A DNA stretch of 40,274 nt from Polyangiaceae bacterium (GTDB taxonomy: Bacteria; Myxococcota_A; Polyangia; Polyangiales; Polyangiaceae). The translations under genes and the position numbers were made by a program. Numbering within the stretch: the first letter of the stretch is position 1; each line of letters begins with the position of its first letter. Where the stretch lies: assembly GCA_044222475.1 (NCBI GenBank), contig JBGANF010000070.1:1-40274 (forward strand). Direction: 5' to 3'. Below the pieces are notes generated by a model that was not told the origin of the DNA, did no database searches, and saw only the letters and a program-made list of their open reading frames with translations. Of the stretch, positions 24,565-34,348 are shown one piece after another.

Positions 24565-25961
24565 GCCTCGTTCCGCCGAATCCAGCGGCCCTTCCCTTCG
24601 GTGACCGTAGGTCCTGAGACCGTCTTCCCGTCGAAGACGCGCGTCCCACGAAGGTACGTCGCCCGGACGTCACCGAACAGCGTCTGCCCTTCGTACGGGG
24701 TGATCTTGTGGCGGTGGAGGATGCGCTCCTTCGTGACGACGAAGCTCGCGTCCGGATCCCACACGACGAGATCGGCGTCGAAGCCGGGTGCGATGCGCCC
24801 CTTGTGCGACAGCCCGGCGAGGAGCGCCGGCGCCGCCGACATCCACCGCGCCAACGCCGCGACGTCGTGCCCGCGCTTGCGCGCCTCGGTCCACACGACC
24901 GAAAGCCCGAGCTGCAGCGACGCGATCCCGCCCCACGCGCCTTCGAAGTCGCCCAGATCGAGCTTCTTCAGCTCCGGCGTGCACGGCGAGTGATCGGTCA
25001 CGACCGAGTCGATCACGCCTTCGCCGAGCCCACCCCACAGCTTCTCGCGGTTTGCGTGCTCGCGGATGGGCGGCGCGCACTTGAACGCCGTCGCGCCGTC
25101 GGGGATGGCTTCCGACTCGAGGCGCAGGTAGTGCGGCGTCGTCTCGGCGGTGAGCGGGAGGCCGGCTTCCTTCGCGCGGCGCACGAGCTCCATCCCGCTC
25201 GCCGACGAGAGGTGCACGACGTGAGTCCGCGCCTTGATCGTCCCGAGCAGCTTCACGAGGAGCGCGATCGCTTCGTCTTCGGCTTCGGGCGGACGCGAGC
25301 GGAGGTAGCGCAGGTACGTGCGCGCGTTCGACGCGTCGGGCTTGGGCAGCGACGCCACCGCGCGATCGAGCGGACCGGGCAGCTCCGCGTGGACGAGCAG
25401 CGGAACATTGCAGTCTGCAAGCACCTTCATCGCCGCCGCGAGGCCGTCCTCGGCGAGGGGCGGGAACTCGGCCACGCCGGAGTCGACGAGGAAGCACTTG
25501 AACCCGAGCACGCCGTCTCCGACGAGCGCTCGGAGGTCGCCGTCGTTTCCGGGCACCGCTCCGCCCCAGAGGCCCACGTCGACGTGGCACTGCCCCTCCA
25601 TCGCGCGGACCTTGGCCGCGAGCCCCGCGAGCGACGTGGTCGCCGGGATGCTGTTGAGCGGCATGTCGACGACGGTCGTCACGCCGCCGGCCGCCGCGGA
25701 GCGCGTCGCGGTCGCGAAGCCTTCCCACTCGGTGCGACCGGGCTCGTTCATGTGGACGTGGGCGTCGACGATCCCCGGCATGATCACGAGGTCGCCGAAG
25801 TCCTCGATCGGAGCGCCGGCCGGAACGTCCTCCCACTCGCCGACCTTGGTGATCTTCCCGCGCTCGACGTGGATCGAGCCCGGCGTCACCGCGTCGTTCA
25901 CGCTGTGGACGCCGTGATCGAGCACCCGCCGGCTCCGTAGGATTCTCGAGTTCGTCTCCAC
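24561..25961 (-). CDS. allB: Allantoinase
   Basis: PGIVDAHVHMNEPGRTEWEGF, GGVTT..DMPLNS, GFKCFL, HLSS, FKCAPPIR, TDHSPC, WGGI.SLQ. Confidence 0.96.
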   Translation of the reverse strand: METNSRILRSRRVLDHGVHSVNDAVTPGSIHVERGKITKVGEWEDVPAGAPIEDFGDLVIMPGIVDAHVHMNEPGRTEWEGFATATRSAAAGGVTTVVDMPLNSIPATTSLAGLAAKVRAMEGQCHVDVGLWGGAVPGNDGDLRALVGDGVLGFKCFLVDSGVAEFPPLAEDGLAAAMKVLADCNVPLLVHAELPGPLDRAVASLPKPDASNARTYLRYLRSRPPEAEDEAIALLVKLLGTIKARTHVVHLSSASGMELVRRAKEAGLPLTAETTPHYLRLESEAIPDGATAFKCAPPIREHANREKLWGGLGEGVIDSVVTDHSPCTPELKKLDLGDFEGAWGGIASLQLGLSVVWTEARKRGHDVAALARWMSAAPALLAGLSHKGRIAPGFDADLVVWDPDASFVVTKERILHRHKITPYEGQTLFGDVRATYLRGTRVFDGKTVSGPTVTEGKGRWIRRNEA

Positions 25962-26006
25962 GAGCGGTGCCGCATTTCTACCACGGTTCGCGCGGCGGCG
26001 CGGGAG

Positions 26007-26969
26007 TCAGAAGCCGCCGGCCACCTCGACCGCGACCCGGCCTCCCGCGGCGCCCTGCTCGAGCTTCGCCAGGGCGGCCGCCACGCCGCGAACGGGCACC
26101 GTCGATGCGATCGGTACTTCGAGCCCTTCTTCCAGCCAACGACCGAGCAGCGCGAGATCGGCCGGGCGCGACTTCACCATCACGACGTGAACCCGCGTCC
26201 GACTGAAGAGGCTCCCGAGCTTGTCGACGACGAAGCCGAAGGTCGGCAGGGTCGTCACGAACGCGCCTCCCGCCTTCAGCGCGGGGCGCCAGTGGCCCCA
26301 TCGATAGGACGCCGCCGCATCGAAGACGACGTCGAGCTCGTGATCGGCGCGGCGAGGCGGCACGGCGCCCTTCGTCCGATCCCAGGTCTCGTCGGCGCCG
26401 AGCCGCCGTGCGAGCTCGAGGCCTTTGCCCGACCCCACCGCGAACACCGTCGCGCCGAGCCTCTTCGCGACGGGCACCGCGATCGATCCGACTCCACCCG
26501 AGACTCCGGTGATGGCAACCCGGCCGCCGCGGCCAAGCCGTCCGAGGTCGCGCATCGACTGAATGGCGGTGACGCCGGTCGTCGCCGCCGCTGCCGCACG
26601 CTCGTGCGACACCGAGGCCGGCTTCCGCGCGACCTCGTCGTGACGGGCGATCAGCATCTCGGCGAATGCGCCGCGCGAGTTGCCGGGGCCGTACGGGAGG
26701 AAGCCGAACACTTCGTCGCCCAACGACCAACCCGCCGTGTCCGGACCCAGCGCGTCGACGGTCCCCGAGAAGTCGTACCCGACGACGAGCGGTTTGCTTC
26801 GTGCGTGGAGGAACTTCATCGTCCCGAGCACGACTTTGTAGTCGGCCGGGTTCAACGCCGACGCGACGACGCGCACGCGGAGCTCGCCTCGGCGAGGCAC
26901 CGGAAGCGGCGCCTCGATCGCGCGGAGGGTCTCGAGGGGTCCGTATCCGGGGGCAGCAAGGGCTCTCAT
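26007..26969 (-). CDS. NAD(P)-dependent oxidoreductase, MDR / quinone reductase-like
   Basis: LNPADYK, GYDFSGTV, GAFAE, GVSGGVG and LGAD motifs. Confidence 0.9.
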   Translation of the reverse strand: MRALAAPGYGPLETLRAIEAPLPVPRRGELRVRVVASALNPADYKVVLGTMKFLHARSKPLVVGYDFSGTVDALGPDTAGWSLGDEVFGFLPYGPGNSRGAFAEMLIARHDEVARKPASVSHERAAAAATTGVTAIQSMRDLGRLGRGGRVAITGVSGGVGSIAVPVAKRLGATVFAVGSGKGLELARRLGADETWDRTKGAVPPRRADHELDVVFDAAASYRWGHWRPALKAGGAFVTTLPTFGFVVDKLGSLFSRTRVHVVMVKSRPADLALLGRWLEEGLEVPIASTVPVRGVAAALAKLEQGAAGGRVAVEVAGGF

Positions 26970-27089
26970 GCCGAGACCACGTTCGGCGCGGGCGAAAAGA
27001 TGCGCTCACTGGAAGGGTTTTGCGCGCCCCCGGGCTTTACGCCGCGGGACCTTTACGTGACCTAGGGCCCCGACTACCTTCCGTCCCCC

Positions 27090-28769
27090 ATGTCTCAGTC
27101 CGAAGAAAAAGGCGGCGCCGAAGAGGCGATCCTGGAGGCGCGTCGCGCCAAGGCCGCGCGGCTGCGCGCCCGGGGCGAAAACCCCTACGCCAACGACGTC
27201 GTACCCCGCCTGCCGGGCTCCGAGACGATCGACCTGGGCGCCCTGCGCGCGCTCGCCGCAAGCGCCCTCGACGCGGGCAAGTACGTCGAAGCCAAAGTGA
27301 ACGCGGCCACCGCCGGCCGCACGTTCCACGTCCGCGGTCGTGCGATCTCGCACCGCTCGGCCGGCGGGCTCTCGTTCGTCCGCCTTCGCGACCGTACCGG
27401 CGAGCTGCAGCTCCTCATGAGCGCCGAGAAGATGGGTGCAGAATACACCCGCCTCGACGACCTCGACGTGGGCGACATCGTCGAGGCCGAGGGCACGCTC
27501 ACCGCGTCGAAGCGCGGCGAGCTCAGCCTCGAGCCCGCGCGCTTCCGCATCCTCACGAAGTCGGCCCGCCCCCTGCCCGAGAAGTGGCACGGCCTGACCG
27601 ACGTCGAGACGCGTTACCGCCAGCGCTACGTCGACCTGATCGCGAACCCGGCCGTCGCCGACGCGTTCCGGGCGCGCAGCGTGATCCTCCGCGCGATCCG
27701 CCACGTCTTCGACGAGAACGGCTTCCTCGAGGTCGAGACGCCGACGATGCACACGCTCATCGGAGGCGCGGCGGCGAAGCCCTTCCTGACCCACCACAAC
27801 ACGCTCGACATGGAGCTCTACCTCCGCATCGCGCCGGAGCTGTACCTGAAGCGGCTCTTGGTCGGCGGGCTCGAGCGCGTGTACGAGATCGGCCGCTGCT
27901 ACCGCAACGAGGGCATCTCGACGCGGCACAACCCCGAGTTCACGATGATCGAGTTCTACTGGTCGTACGTGACGTACCAGAAGCTCCTCGACTTCACCGA
28001 GACGCTGCTCCGCGCGGTCGACGCCGAGATCGGCAAATCCCTCCCCGACGCGCACGCGACGTGGAAGAAGGAGCGGCCGTTCACCATCGACGAGCCGTTC
28101 GTGCGGCTCCCGATGAACGACGCCGTGCGCGACGGCGCGCGCCGCACGAAGATCCCCGCGTGGGAGACCGCGGTCGAGAAGGACGGCGGCATGGGCCTGG
28201 TCAAGGCCTTGCAGCCCGACTTCGTGGACCACATGAAGGAGTGGTCGAAGTCGTCGCCGCGCGCGAAGGCGATCGACTGGTCGAACTTCCGCAAAGGCTT
28301 CCAGAAGTGCGACAACGACGGCGAGCGCCTCTTCGCCCTCTACGAGTACCTCTGCGAGCCGTTCCTCGCCGAGGACTACCGGTCCCAAGATGGTACGAAG
28401 AGCCTCCCGGTCTTCATCATCGACTACCCGTACGAGACGTCGCCGCTGGCACGCAAGAACGACGCCCGCCCCGACCTCGTCGATCGCTTCGAGCTCTTCA
28501 TCCACGGGCGCGAGCTGTGCAACGCCTTCAGCGAGCTGAACGATCCCGAGGACCAAGCCGCGCGCTTCCGCGACCAGGTCGAGAAGAAGGCCAAGGGCGC
28601 CGAAGAGACGATGGACTACGACGCCGACTACGTGCGCGCGCTCGAGTACGGCATGCCGCCGGCGGCGGGCTTCGGCATGGGCATCGATCGCCTCGCGATG
28701 ATGTTGACTCACCAGCCGTCCATCCGCGACGTGATCCTCTTCCCGCTGATGCGCGAGACCGATAGATGA
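27090..28769 (+). CDS. lysS: Lysine--tRNA ligase (class II)
   Basis: [48 protein letters not shown]...RHNPEFT, GMPP.AG.G.GIDRL.M. Confidence 0.98.
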   Translation: MSQSEEKGGAEEAILEARRAKAARLRARGENPYANDVVPRLPGSETIDLGALRALAASALDAGKYVEAKVNAATAGRTFHVRGRAISHRSAGGLSFVRLRDRTGELQLLMSAEKMGAEYTRLDDLDVGDIVEAEGTLTASKRGELSLEPARFRILTKSARPLPEKWHGLTDVETRYRQRYVDLIANPAVADAFRARSVILRAIRHVFDENGFLEVETPTMHTLIGGAAAKPFLTHHNTLDMELYLRIAPELYLKRLLVGGLERVYEIGRCYRNEGISTRHNPEFTMIEFYWSYVTYQKLLDFTETLLRAVDAEIGKSLPDAHATWKKERPFTIDEPFVRLPMNDAVRDGARRTKIPAWETAVEKDGGMGLVKALQPDFVDHMKEWSKSSPRAKAIDWSNFRKGFQKCDNDGERLFALYEYLCEPFLAEDYRSQDGTKSLPVFIIDYPYETSPLARKNDARPDLVDRFELFIHGRELCNAFSELNDPEDQAARFRDQVEKKAKGAEETMDYDADYVRALEYGMPPAAGFGMGIDRLAMMLTHQPSIRDVILFPLMRETDR

Positions 28770-31042
28770 GGACGCGGTCCGCCGGAGCGATCGAGGTCCC
28801 CCAGCCGTGGTCCGTCGGCGAGGCCGTCGGCGTCGGCTTCACCTCGTTTCTCCGCGCGCCGTTCGCGCTCATGGGCGCGTACCTCATCCCGATCGCGGTG
28901 TCGGCGGCGTTCGGCTTCAACTCGGGCGTCCTCACCCAGCTCGTCGCGCCGTACGTTCCGCCCAACGTCCCGGCCGTCCTCGTCGCGAGGATCATCGCCG
29001 GGCTCATCGGCCAGCTCGTCTCGATCTACTTCTGGGGCGGGTCGCTCAAGATGTGGATCGCCGCAGCCCGGGGCGACCAGGTCCGCTTCGTCGACGTGTT
29101 CCTCGGAGGGCGGCAGTTCCTGCGCCTTCTCGCCATCATGCTCGTGCTCGTGCTGGTGTGGGTGCCTGCCACTCTCGCGCTCGGGATCCCGATCTGGGGT
29201 CTCATGCTCGCGCCGCACTACGTCGTCGACGGCGACGTCGGCGTGTGGGCTGCGCTCCGCTCGAGCTGGCGCGCGACCCGGGGCCACAAGGGGATGCTCT
29301 GGGTCTTCGGCCTCTGCTCGCTGCCCATCTACATCATGGGCTTGTCCCTCTTTGGGATCGGGCTCACCGCCGCCGTCCCCATCGTCCAGATCGCCCTCGC
29401 GTTCATCTACGTGCGCCTGTCCGGTCGCGGCCAGATCGGTCCGTTCCCGCCGAGCTTCGCCCCGCGGAGCATGCGCTACCTCCTCCGGACGACTCTCACG
29501 GTGTTCGCCGCCGCGTTCGCCGGTCTCATCTACTGGGTGCGCAGCCTCCCGAGCGTCCACGGCTCGGCGTTCACCATCAAGGACGCCTCGATCCGCGCCG
29601 GCGCGGTCGTCATGGGGGTCGCCACGACGATCGTTCTCCTCGCGACGCTCCTCCCGTGGATCCTCGACCGCTTCGAGGGTCGCACGTTCGCGCTCTTCGT
29701 CGCCGCGCGCCACGTGCGCTCGCAGAAGAGCGGGTTCCTCACGGTCCTCAGCGTCCTCGGCATCTGCGGCGTCGCGATCGGCGGCTGCGCGCTCTCGAGC
29801 ACCATCAGCGTGATGGGCGGCTTCAGCCAGGATCTCAAGCGCAAGATCCTGGGCAACAACGCCCACATCGTCATCGACACGACCGCGCAGAAGCCCTGGT
29901 CCGACTCGGACGCGGTGCTGCAGCGCGTTCGCGCGGTGCCCGGCGTGGTCGGAGCGACGCCCGTCGTCCAAGGCGAGGTCATGGCGGCGTCGAGCTCGAA
30001 CAACGCCGGCGTCATCGTGAAGGGAATCGATCCGAAGACCATCGGCGAGGTCATCGATCTGAAGAAGAACATCGAGGTCGGCAAGTTCGAGTACCTCGAG
30101 GATCCCGAGCAGCTGCTCCATCTACCCGCGAGCGAGGTGATCGGGCTCGGCCCCGGCGGAGAGAAGTACCTCAAGGGCGCGGACTTCGATCTCCTCGGCG
30201 AGAACCTCGACCCGCTCGTCCGCGACTCGCTCACGAACAAAGGACCGGTGAGGCCTTCGCTCATCGTCGGGCGCGAGCTCGCGAAGACGCTGCACCTCTA
30301 CGTCGGCGACGAGCTCACGCTCGTCTCGCCGCTGGGAGATCTCGGTCCGATGGGCGTCATGCCGCGGACGAAGAAGTTCCGCATCGCCGCGATCTTCTAC
30401 TCCGGGATGTACGAGTACGACGCGAGCCACGTCTACACGTTGATCTCGACGGCGCAGGACTACTTCGCGATGGCGGGCAAGGTCAGCGCGATCGACGTCA
30501 AGGTCGAGGACGCCGAGCGCGCCGAGCTCGTGCGCCCCGCGGTCGAGACCGCGGTCGCCCGCGAGGACCTGCGCGTGCGCGACTGGCGCGAGATGAACAA
30601 GAACCTCTTCTCGGCGCTGAAGCTCGAGCGCCTCGCGACGTTCATCATCCTGTCGATCATGATCATCGTCGCGAGCTTCTGCATCATCTGCATGCTGCTC
30701 TTGATGGTCACGGAGAAAGGGAAAGAGATCGCCATCCTCAAAGCCGTCGGCGCGAGCGATGGCGCGATCCTTCGCACCTTCGTGATCGAGGGGATGATCA
30801 TCGGCGGGATCGGCACGGTCTTCGGCGTCACGACTGGGCTCGCGCTGTGCGCGGGCCTCGCGTGGTTCGGGCTACGCCTCGATCCCGACGTCTATTACAT
30901 CGATCGGCTGCCGGTCCACGTGAGCGGGTGGGACTTCCTCGCCGTGGCGACCGCGGCGATGGTGATCTGCACTCTCGCCACGATCTACCCGGCCTGGGCG
31001 GCGAGCCGCCTCAGGCCGGTGGATGGTCTTCGCTACGAGTAG
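28766..31042 (+). CDS. LolC/E-family lipoprotein-release ABC permease with a large N-terminal membrane extension
   Basis: SVLGI.GVAIG...SVMGGF, GRELAK.L, SGMYEYD, DWREMNKNLFSALKLER, KEIAILKAVGA, YYIDRLP, YPA..A..L.PV.GLRYE. Confidence 0.9.
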   Translation: MRTRSAGAIEVPQPWSVGEAVGVGFTSFLRAPFALMGAYLIPIAVSAAFGFNSGVLTQLVAPYVPPNVPAVLVARIIAGLIGQLVSIYFWGGSLKMWIAAARGDQVRFVDVFLGGRQFLRLLAIMLVLVLVWVPATLALGIPIWGLMLAPHYVVDGDVGVWAALRSSWRATRGHKGMLWVFGLCSLPIYIMGLSLFGIGLTAAVPIVQIALAFIYVRLSGRGQIGPFPPSFAPRSMRYLLRTTLTVFAAAFAGLIYWVRSLPSVHGSAFTIKDASIRAGAVVMGVATTIVLLATLLPWILDRFEGRTFALFVAARHVRSQKSGFLTVLSVLGICGVAIGGCALSSTISVMGGFSQDLKRKILGNNAHIVIDTTAQKPWSDSDAVLQRVRAVPGVVGATPVVQGEVMAASSSNNAGVIVKGIDPKTIGEVIDLKKNIEVGKFEYLEDPEQLLHLPASEVIGLGPGGEKYLKGADFDLLGENLDPLVRDSLTNKGPVRPSLIVGRELAKTLHLYVGDELTLVSPLGDLGPMGVMPRTKKFRIAAIFYSGMYEYDASHVYTLISTAQDYFAMAGKVSAIDVKVEDAERAELVRPAVETAVAREDLRVRDWREMNKNLFSALKLERLATFIILSIMIIVASFCIICMLLLMVTEKGKEIAILKAVGASDGAILRTFVIEGMIIGGIGTVFGVTTGLALCAGLAWFGLRLDPDVYYIDRLPVHVSGWDFLAVATAAMVICTLATIYPAWAASRLRPVDGLRYE

Positions 31043-31054
31043 TGGGTCGCGGGT

Positions 31055-31191
31055 CCCCAACGTCAGGGGCTTCGCTCTGGTGACCGGGGCCGTTGGGGGC
31101 GGGCCCCCAACCGAGAAAGCTCTCCGGCTCTGCCGGAGAGTTTCGAGTCTCGTCCGTGGGGGTGTCGGGGGCGAAGCCCCTGACGTTGGGG
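31055..31191. repeat. Structured intergenic repeat, copy 2, bounded by perfect 21-bp inverted repeats
   Basis: CCCCAACGTCAGGGGCTTCGC (31055-31075) and GCGAAGCCCCTGACGTTGGGG (31171-31191) enclose two hairpins; lies between convergent genes. Confidence 0.85.
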
Positions 31192-31192
31192 C

Positions 31193-31897
31193 TCAGTGCG
31201 CGGGCTTCGCCGACGGAGCCGCGGAGGGCTTCGGCGACGGGCCACCGGACGTGGCCGGCGGAGGCGCGACGGGCTTGCCGACGAAGAGGAAGTACGAGAG
31301 CAGCAGCAGCGCCGCTCGCTTCGACTTCGGCGGAAGTTTGTCGAACTTGAAGGGGGCCTTCTCGCTCTTGCTGCCGTCGGTGACGGTCGGGGTCCCGTCG
31401 TCGCCGATGACCAGGACCGGCTTGCCGTCGACGAGGAGCTGATCCTTGTCGTCGAACGCCATCGCCTTGCCGCCGAGCGAGCTCGTGACCTTGCCGTCGG
31501 CCGCGACGCTGAAGACCGTCGAACCCGACTCGTCCTTGAGCTCGTTCTTGACGAAGCTCGCGACGACGGCGGGCTTGCCTTCCTTGGTCACGCTGACGGA
31601 GCCGTCGGCCTTGACCTCGGCCGTGAGCGTCTTGCCGTCCTTCTTGATCGTGAACTTCACGCCGTCGATCGCGAGCGGCGGGGCTTCCGGCGCCGGCGGC
31701 GTCGTCGCGGTCGCGGTCGCGGTCGCGGTCGCGGACGCGGTCGCGCTGGGCATGTCGGTCGTGCTCGCCGCCGAAGACGGCGTCGCGCTCGCCGACGAGA
31801 CGTCGGTCGGGTTTTTGGCCGGCTCACCGCCGCCGCAGGCATACGCCGAACCCACCGCGAGCGCGCTCGCGACGAACAACAGGGAGATCTTCTTCAT
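31193..31897 (-). CDS. Paralogous lipoprotein, copy 4 of 4
   Basis: MKKISLLFVASALAVGSAYAC lipobox; S/T/A/P linker; beta-rich core; KSKRAA plus hydrophobic helix; PSAKP tail. Confidence 0.88.
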   Translation of the reverse strand: MKKISLLFVASALAVGSAYACGGGEPAKNPTDVSSASATPSSAASTTDMPSATASATATATATATTPPAPEAPPLAIDGVKFTIKKDGKTLTAEVKADGSVSVTKEGKPAVVASFVKNELKDESGSTVFSVAADGKVTSSLGGKAMAFDDKDQLLVDGKPVLVIGDDGTPTVTDGSKSEKAPFKFDKLPPKSKRAALLLLSYFLFVGKPVAPPPATSGGPSPKPSAAPSAKPAH

Positions 31898-31911
31898 GGT
31901 TCTTCCTCGAC

Positions 31912-32628
31912 TCACTTGGGCTTCGCAGAGGGAGCAGCCGAGGCCTTCGCCGACGGCATGGCGGTGGCCGAAACCGCGGTCGGCGCGGACGACGTCGCAC
32001 GTCCCATGAGCATGTAGGCGACGAGCACGACCGCCGCGCGCTTCGACTTCGGCGGGAGCTTCTCGAACTTGAACGGCGCCTTCTCGGTCTTGCCGGCGGT
32101 GGTGAGCGCGGGCGTCCCGTCGTCACCGATGACGATGGCGGGCTTGCCGTCGAGCATGAGCTCGTCCTTGTCGTTGAAGGTCCAGCTTCCGCCGCTCGTG
32201 TTCATCGGGCTGGTGACCTTGCCGTCGGCCGCGACGGTGAAGACGGTCGCACCCTTGTCGTCCTTGATCTCGTTCTTGACGAACGTGGCGAGGACCATCG
32301 CCTTGCCGTCCTTGGTGCCGTTGACGGTGCCGTCGGCCTTGACCTCGACCGCGACCGGCTTGCCCTCTTTCGTCTTGCCGGTGATCTTGATCCCGTCGAT
32401 CGCGAGCGGCGGCGCTTCCGGAGCGGGCGGCGTGGTCGCGGTGGCGGTCGCCGTCGCGGAAGCGGTGGCGCTGGTCATCGTGGTCGCGCTCGGCGCGTCC
32501 GACGGAGCTGCCGTCGCGCTCGCGGACGACACGTCGGTCGCGTTCTTGGCCGGCTCACCGCCGCCGCAGGCATACGCCGAACCCACCGCAATCGCACTCG
32601 CGACGAACAACAAGGACACTTTCTTCAT
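31912..32628 (-). CDS. Paralogous lipoprotein, copy 3 of 4
   Basis: Same architecture; GGAGAG upstream of the ATG. Confidence 0.88.
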   Translation of the reverse strand: MKKVSLLFVASAIAVGSAYACGGGEPAKNATDVSSASATAAPSDAPSATTMTSATASATATATATTPPAPEAPPLAIDGIKITGKTKEGKPVAVEVKADGTVNGTKDGKAMVLATFVKNEIKDDKGATVFTVAADGKVTSPMNTSGGSWTFNDKDELMLDGKPAIVIGDDGTPALTTAGKTEKAPFKFEKLPPKSKRAAVVLVAYMLMGRATSSAPTAVSATAMPSAKASAAPSAKPK

Positions 32629-32661
32629 GGCTCTCCCTCTTTCGACGTGCGTCGGTACCAT

Positions 32662-32701
32662 GAAAAAGGCCCCGCGGGTGAGACCCACGAGGCCTTTTTT
32701 C
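32662..32701 (-). terminator. Intrinsic terminator between lipoprotein copies 2 and 3
   Basis: AAAAAGGCCCCGCGGGT-GAG-ACCCACGAGGCCTTTTTT imperfect stem with A/T tails. Confidence 0.75.
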
Positions 32702-32720
32702 GGCCCGTTCTACGGTCAGC

Positions 32721-33452
32721 TCACTTCGGCTTGGCCGACGTGGCTGCCGACGGAGCGGCCGACGGCTTGGCCGACGGAGCCGCCGAAGGCTTCGCGGACG
32801 GCGCGGCCGAGGCCGAGGCGGGCGGAGGCGGCGGCATCGCCGACTTGCCGGAGATCATCGGGATGAGGAGGATGGCTGCGCGCTTCGACTTCGGCGGGAG
32901 CTTCTCGAATTTGAACGCGGGCTTCTCGGTCTTCGGCCCCATGACGACGGTGACCACGCCGGTGTCGTCGATGGCGAAGAACGGCTTGCCGTCGAGCAAG
33001 AGGTCGTCCTTGTCGTTGAACGAGAGAGCGACGCCCGGAGCACCCGGGATCGAGACCTTGCCGTCGGGCGCGACGGAGAAGAGGGTGGCGCCCTTGTCGT
33101 TCTTGAGCTCGTTCTTGGCGAACGTGCCGGCGAGCTTGCCGCCGAGGTTTACGGTGCCGTCGGGCTTCACCTCGAGCGCCACGGCCTTGCCGTCTCCGCC
33201 CTTGCCGGTGACCTTGATGCCATCGATCGCGAGCGGCGGCGCCTCGGGCGGGGGCGGCGGCGTCGACGCGGTCGCAGTGACCGAGGCGGTAGCGCTCGGG
33301 ACATCGGTTGCGCTCGCCGTGGCGGACGCCGGCGTGGTGGCGCTAGCCGACGGGACGTCGTTCGGGTTCTTGGCCGGTTCCTCACCGCCGCAGGCGTACG
33401 CCGAACCGACCGCAATCGCGCTAGCAACGAACAACAGAGAGAGCTTCTTCAT
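32721..33452 (-). CDS. Paralogous lipoprotein, copy 2 of 4
   Basis: Same architecture; AAGGA upstream of the ATG. Confidence 0.88.
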   Translation of the reverse strand: MKKLSLLFVASAIAVGSAYACGGEEPAKNPNDVPSASATTPASATASATDVPSATASVTATASTPPPPPEAPPLAIDGIKVTGKGGDGKAVALEVKPDGTVNLGGKLAGTFAKNELKNDKGATLFSVAPDGKVSIPGAPGVALSFNDKDDLLLDGKPFFAIDDTGVVTVVMGPKTEKPAFKFEKLPPKSKRAAILLIPMISGKSAMPPPPPASASAAPSAKPSAAPSAKPSAAPSAATSAKPK

Positions 33453-33508
33453 GACGTTCCTTGTCTTTCGGGGGCTTTCTCTATCACCAAAGAGCCAATA
33501 CAAAAAGC

Positions 33509-33541
33509 GAAAACCCCGCGGACTAAGTCCGCGGGGTTTTT
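33509..33541 (-). terminator. Intrinsic terminator between lipoprotein copies 1 and 2
   Basis: AAAACCCCGCGGAC-TAA-GTCCGCGGGGTTTT perfect stem. Confidence 0.85.
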
Positions 33542-33567
33542 CACGCTGTCGCGCGATGCGCGTCAGC

Positions 33568-34290
33568 TCACTTCGGCTTGGCCGACGGAGCCGCGGACGG
33601 CTTGGCCGACGGAGCGGCCGACGGCTTGGCGGACGGAACGGCCGACGCCGACCCGGCGGGCGCGGCGGCCGGCTTGGGAAGCCACCAGAGGGCGGCGAGG
33701 AGGAGCGCAGCGCGCTTCGACTTCGCCGGGAGCTTCTCGAACTTGAAGGGGGACTTCTCCGCCTTGCCGTTGTTCATCCAGGTCACGACGCCGTCGTCAC
33801 CGATCGAGAGGACGGTCTTGCCTTCCGACTGGAGCTCGTCCTTGTCGTTGAAGGCCCAGGTGCTGTTCGGCATCGCCGGGCTGGAGACCTTGCCGTCGAG
33901 GGCGATGGCGAAGATCGTCGCGCCTTTGTCGTCCTTGAGCTCGTTCTTGGCGAACGTCGCCATGAGGGTCTTGCCGTCCTTCATGACGCCGCCATCGGGC
34001 TTCACTTCGACGGCGAGTGCCTTGCCGTCCTTGCCCTTGCCGGAGACCTTGATGCCGTCCACCGCGATCGGCGGGGGCTCGGGCGGCGGCGGCGGGGTCG
34101 ACGCGGTCGCGGTGACCGAAGCGGTCGCGCTCGGCATGTCTGCGGTCGCGCTCGGCGCGCCGGACGAGGTGGCGGTCGCGCTGGCGGACCCGACATCGTT
34201 CGGGTTCTTGGCCGGTTCCTCACCGCCGCAGGCGTACGCCGAACCGACCGCAATCGCGCTAGCAACGAACAACAGAGAGAGCTTCTTCAT
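33568..34290 (-). CDS. Paralogous lipoprotein, copy 1 of 4
   Basis: Same architecture; AAGGAAGG upstream of the ATG. Confidence 0.88.
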   Translation of the reverse strand: MKKLSLLFVASAIAVGSAYACGGEEPAKNPNDVGSASATATSSGAPSATADMPSATASVTATASTPPPPPEPPPIAVDGIKVSGKGKDGKALAVEVKPDGGVMKDGKTLMATFAKNELKDDKGATIFAIALDGKVSSPAMPNSTWAFNDKDELQSEGKTVLSIGDDGVVTWMNNGKAEKSPFKFEKLPAKSKRAALLLAALWWLPKPAAAPAGSASAVPSAKPSAAPSAKPSAAPSAKPK

Positions 34291-34348
34291 GGCCTTCCTT
34301 TCAGAGGGCCCCTCCCTACCACGAAACCGCTCGGAAACGACACTCGAT

